Of a DNA stretch of 64,000 nt, positions 62,908-64,000 are shown piece by piece (positions within the stretch are counted from its first letter, which is position 1; every line of letters starts with the position of its first letter). Both the position numbers and the translations under genes were made by a program. Below the pieces are notes generated by a model, which was not told the origin of the DNA, did no database searches, and worked only from the letters and a program-made list of their open reading frames with translations. Source of the stretch: Escherichia coli (GTDB taxonomy: Bacteria; Pseudomonadota; Gammaproteobacteria; Enterobacterales; Enterobacteriaceae); NCBI RefSeq assembly GCF_041886205.1, contig NZ_CP169029.1, one strand, 5' to 3'.

Positions 62908-63507
62908 ATGCGTAAACTTTATGCCGCCATTTTGTCCGCAGCCATTTGTCTGGCCGTATCCGGTGCGCCTGCATGGGCATCTGAACATCAGTCCACGCTG
63001 AGCGCGGGGTATCTTCATGCCTCGACGAACGTTCCCGGCAGCGATGATCTTAACGGGATTAACGTGAAATACCGTTATGAGTTTACGGACACACTGGGGC
63101 TGGTGACGTCATTCAGCTATGCAGGAGACAAGAATCGCCAGCTTACCCGTTACAGCGATACCCGCTGGCATGAAGATTCCGTGCGTAACCGCTGGTTCAG
63201 CGTGATGGTGGGGCCGTCTGTGCGCGTGAATGAATGGTTCAGCGCGTATGCGATGGCGGGTGTGGCTTACAGCCGTGTGTCGACTTTCTCCGGGGATTAT
63301 CTCCGCGTAACTGACAACAAGGGGAAAACGCACGACGTGCTGACCGGAAGTGATGACGGTCGCCACAGCAACACGTCTCTGGCGTGGGGAGCTGGCGTGC
63401 AGTTTAACCCGACCGAATCCGTGGCCATTGATATTGCTTATGAAGGCTCCGGCAGTGGCGACTGGCGCACTGACGGTTTCATCGTGGGTGTCGGTTATAA
63501 GTTCTGA
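62908..63507 (+). CDS. lom: Lom/Ail/OmpX-family outer membrane protein
   Basis: 199-aa ORF with signal peptide, beta-barrel features and C-terminal …GVGYKF; RBS GAGAGG. Confidence 0.85.
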
Positions 63508-63533
63508 TTAGCCAGGTAACACAGTGTTATGAC

Positions 63534-63560
63534 AGCCCGCCTGTTCAGGCGGGCTTTTTT
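63534..63560 (+). terminator. intrinsic terminator downstream of lom
   Basis: Hairpin GCCCGCC-TGTTCAG-GCGGGC followed by TTTTTT. Confidence 0.7.
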
Positions 63561-63571
63561 GTGGGGTGAAT

Positions 63572-64000
63572 ATGGCAGTAAAGATTTCAGGTGTACTGAA
63601 AGACGGCACAGGAAAACCGGTACAGAACTGCACAATCCAGCTGAAAGCAAAACGTAACAGCACCGCGGTGGTGGTGAACACGCTGGCCTCAGAAAATCCG
63701 GATGAAGCCGGGCGTTACAGCATGGACGTTGAGTACGGTCAGTACAGCGTTATTCTGTTGGTGGAAGGATTCCCGCCGTCACATGCCGGGACCATCACCG
63801 TGTATGAAGATTCCCGACCCGGTACGCTGAATGATTTTCTCGGTGCCATGACGGAGGATGATGCCCGTCCGGAGGCTCTGCGACGTTTTGAACTGATGGT
63901 GGAAGAGGTGGCGCGTAACGCGTCCGCAGTGGCACAGAACACGGCAGCCGCGAAGAAGTCAGCCAGTGATGCCAGCACATCTGCCCGTGAGGCGGCAACT
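63572..64000 (+). CDS. stf: side tail fibre protein (Stf-like), 5' partial; continues beyond window
   Basis: ATG at 63572 with RBS; 143 codons open to the window edge; N-terminus MAVKISGVLKDGTGKPVQNCTIQLKAKRNS... as in lambda Stf (recalled). Confidence 0.8.
   Translation, partial: MAVKISGVLKDGTGKPVQNCTIQLKAKRNSTAVVVNTLASENPDEAGRYSMDVEYGQYSVILLVEGFPPSHAGTITVYEDSRPGTLNDFLGAMTEDDARPEALRRFELMVEEVARNASAVAQNTAAAKKSASDASTSAREAAT

Noticed and set aside
63739-63998. Two minus-strand ORFs at the window end
   Set aside because: Antisense to the side tail fibre gene, whose N-terminus is strongly protein-like

Overview
This window reads as Escherichia coli chromosome, in reverse orientation to the K-12 map. 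From about 1 to 44.4 kb it is a conserved core block: hdhA (3' end), uidR-uidA-uidB-uidC, ydgA, manA, fumA, fumC, tus with a Ter site in its promoter, rstB-rstA, ydgC, folM, ydgI, ydgH, pntA-pntB, tqsA, mdtJ-mdtI, ydgD, asr, ynfM, ynfL, mlc, ynfK, clcB, dmsD, ynfH-G-F-E, ynfD, ynfC, speG, ynfB, ynfA, rspA-rspB. From about 44.4 kb to the end of the window it is a lambdoid prophage of Qin/Rac-like mosaic type, apparently inserted in a ydfJ-like gene. The prophage carries an integrase and excisionase, an exonuclease gene split by an IS629 copy, a DicA/cI-like repressor with a Cro-like/YdaT-like pair, an O-like replication gene containing iteron-like repeats, a DUF968 protein, and a Q-like antiterminator. 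Between Q and the lysis genes sits a low-GC cargo island (Blc-like lipocalin lipoprotein, DUF523/DUF1722 protein, AraC-family regulator), which is the most interesting candidate for an undescribed accessory module. Downstream are the lysis cassette (pinholin, YdfR-like, SAR endolysin, frameshifted Rz with embedded Rz1), cspI, gnsB, a truncated J-like remnant, lom, and the start of a side tail fibre gene. All gene identities rest on reading the supplied ORF translations against remembered E. coli and phage protein families; no database search or alignment was run, so names and exact start codons are hypotheses. uidA is a full-length ORF. No CRISPR array, rRNA or tRNA gene was found.
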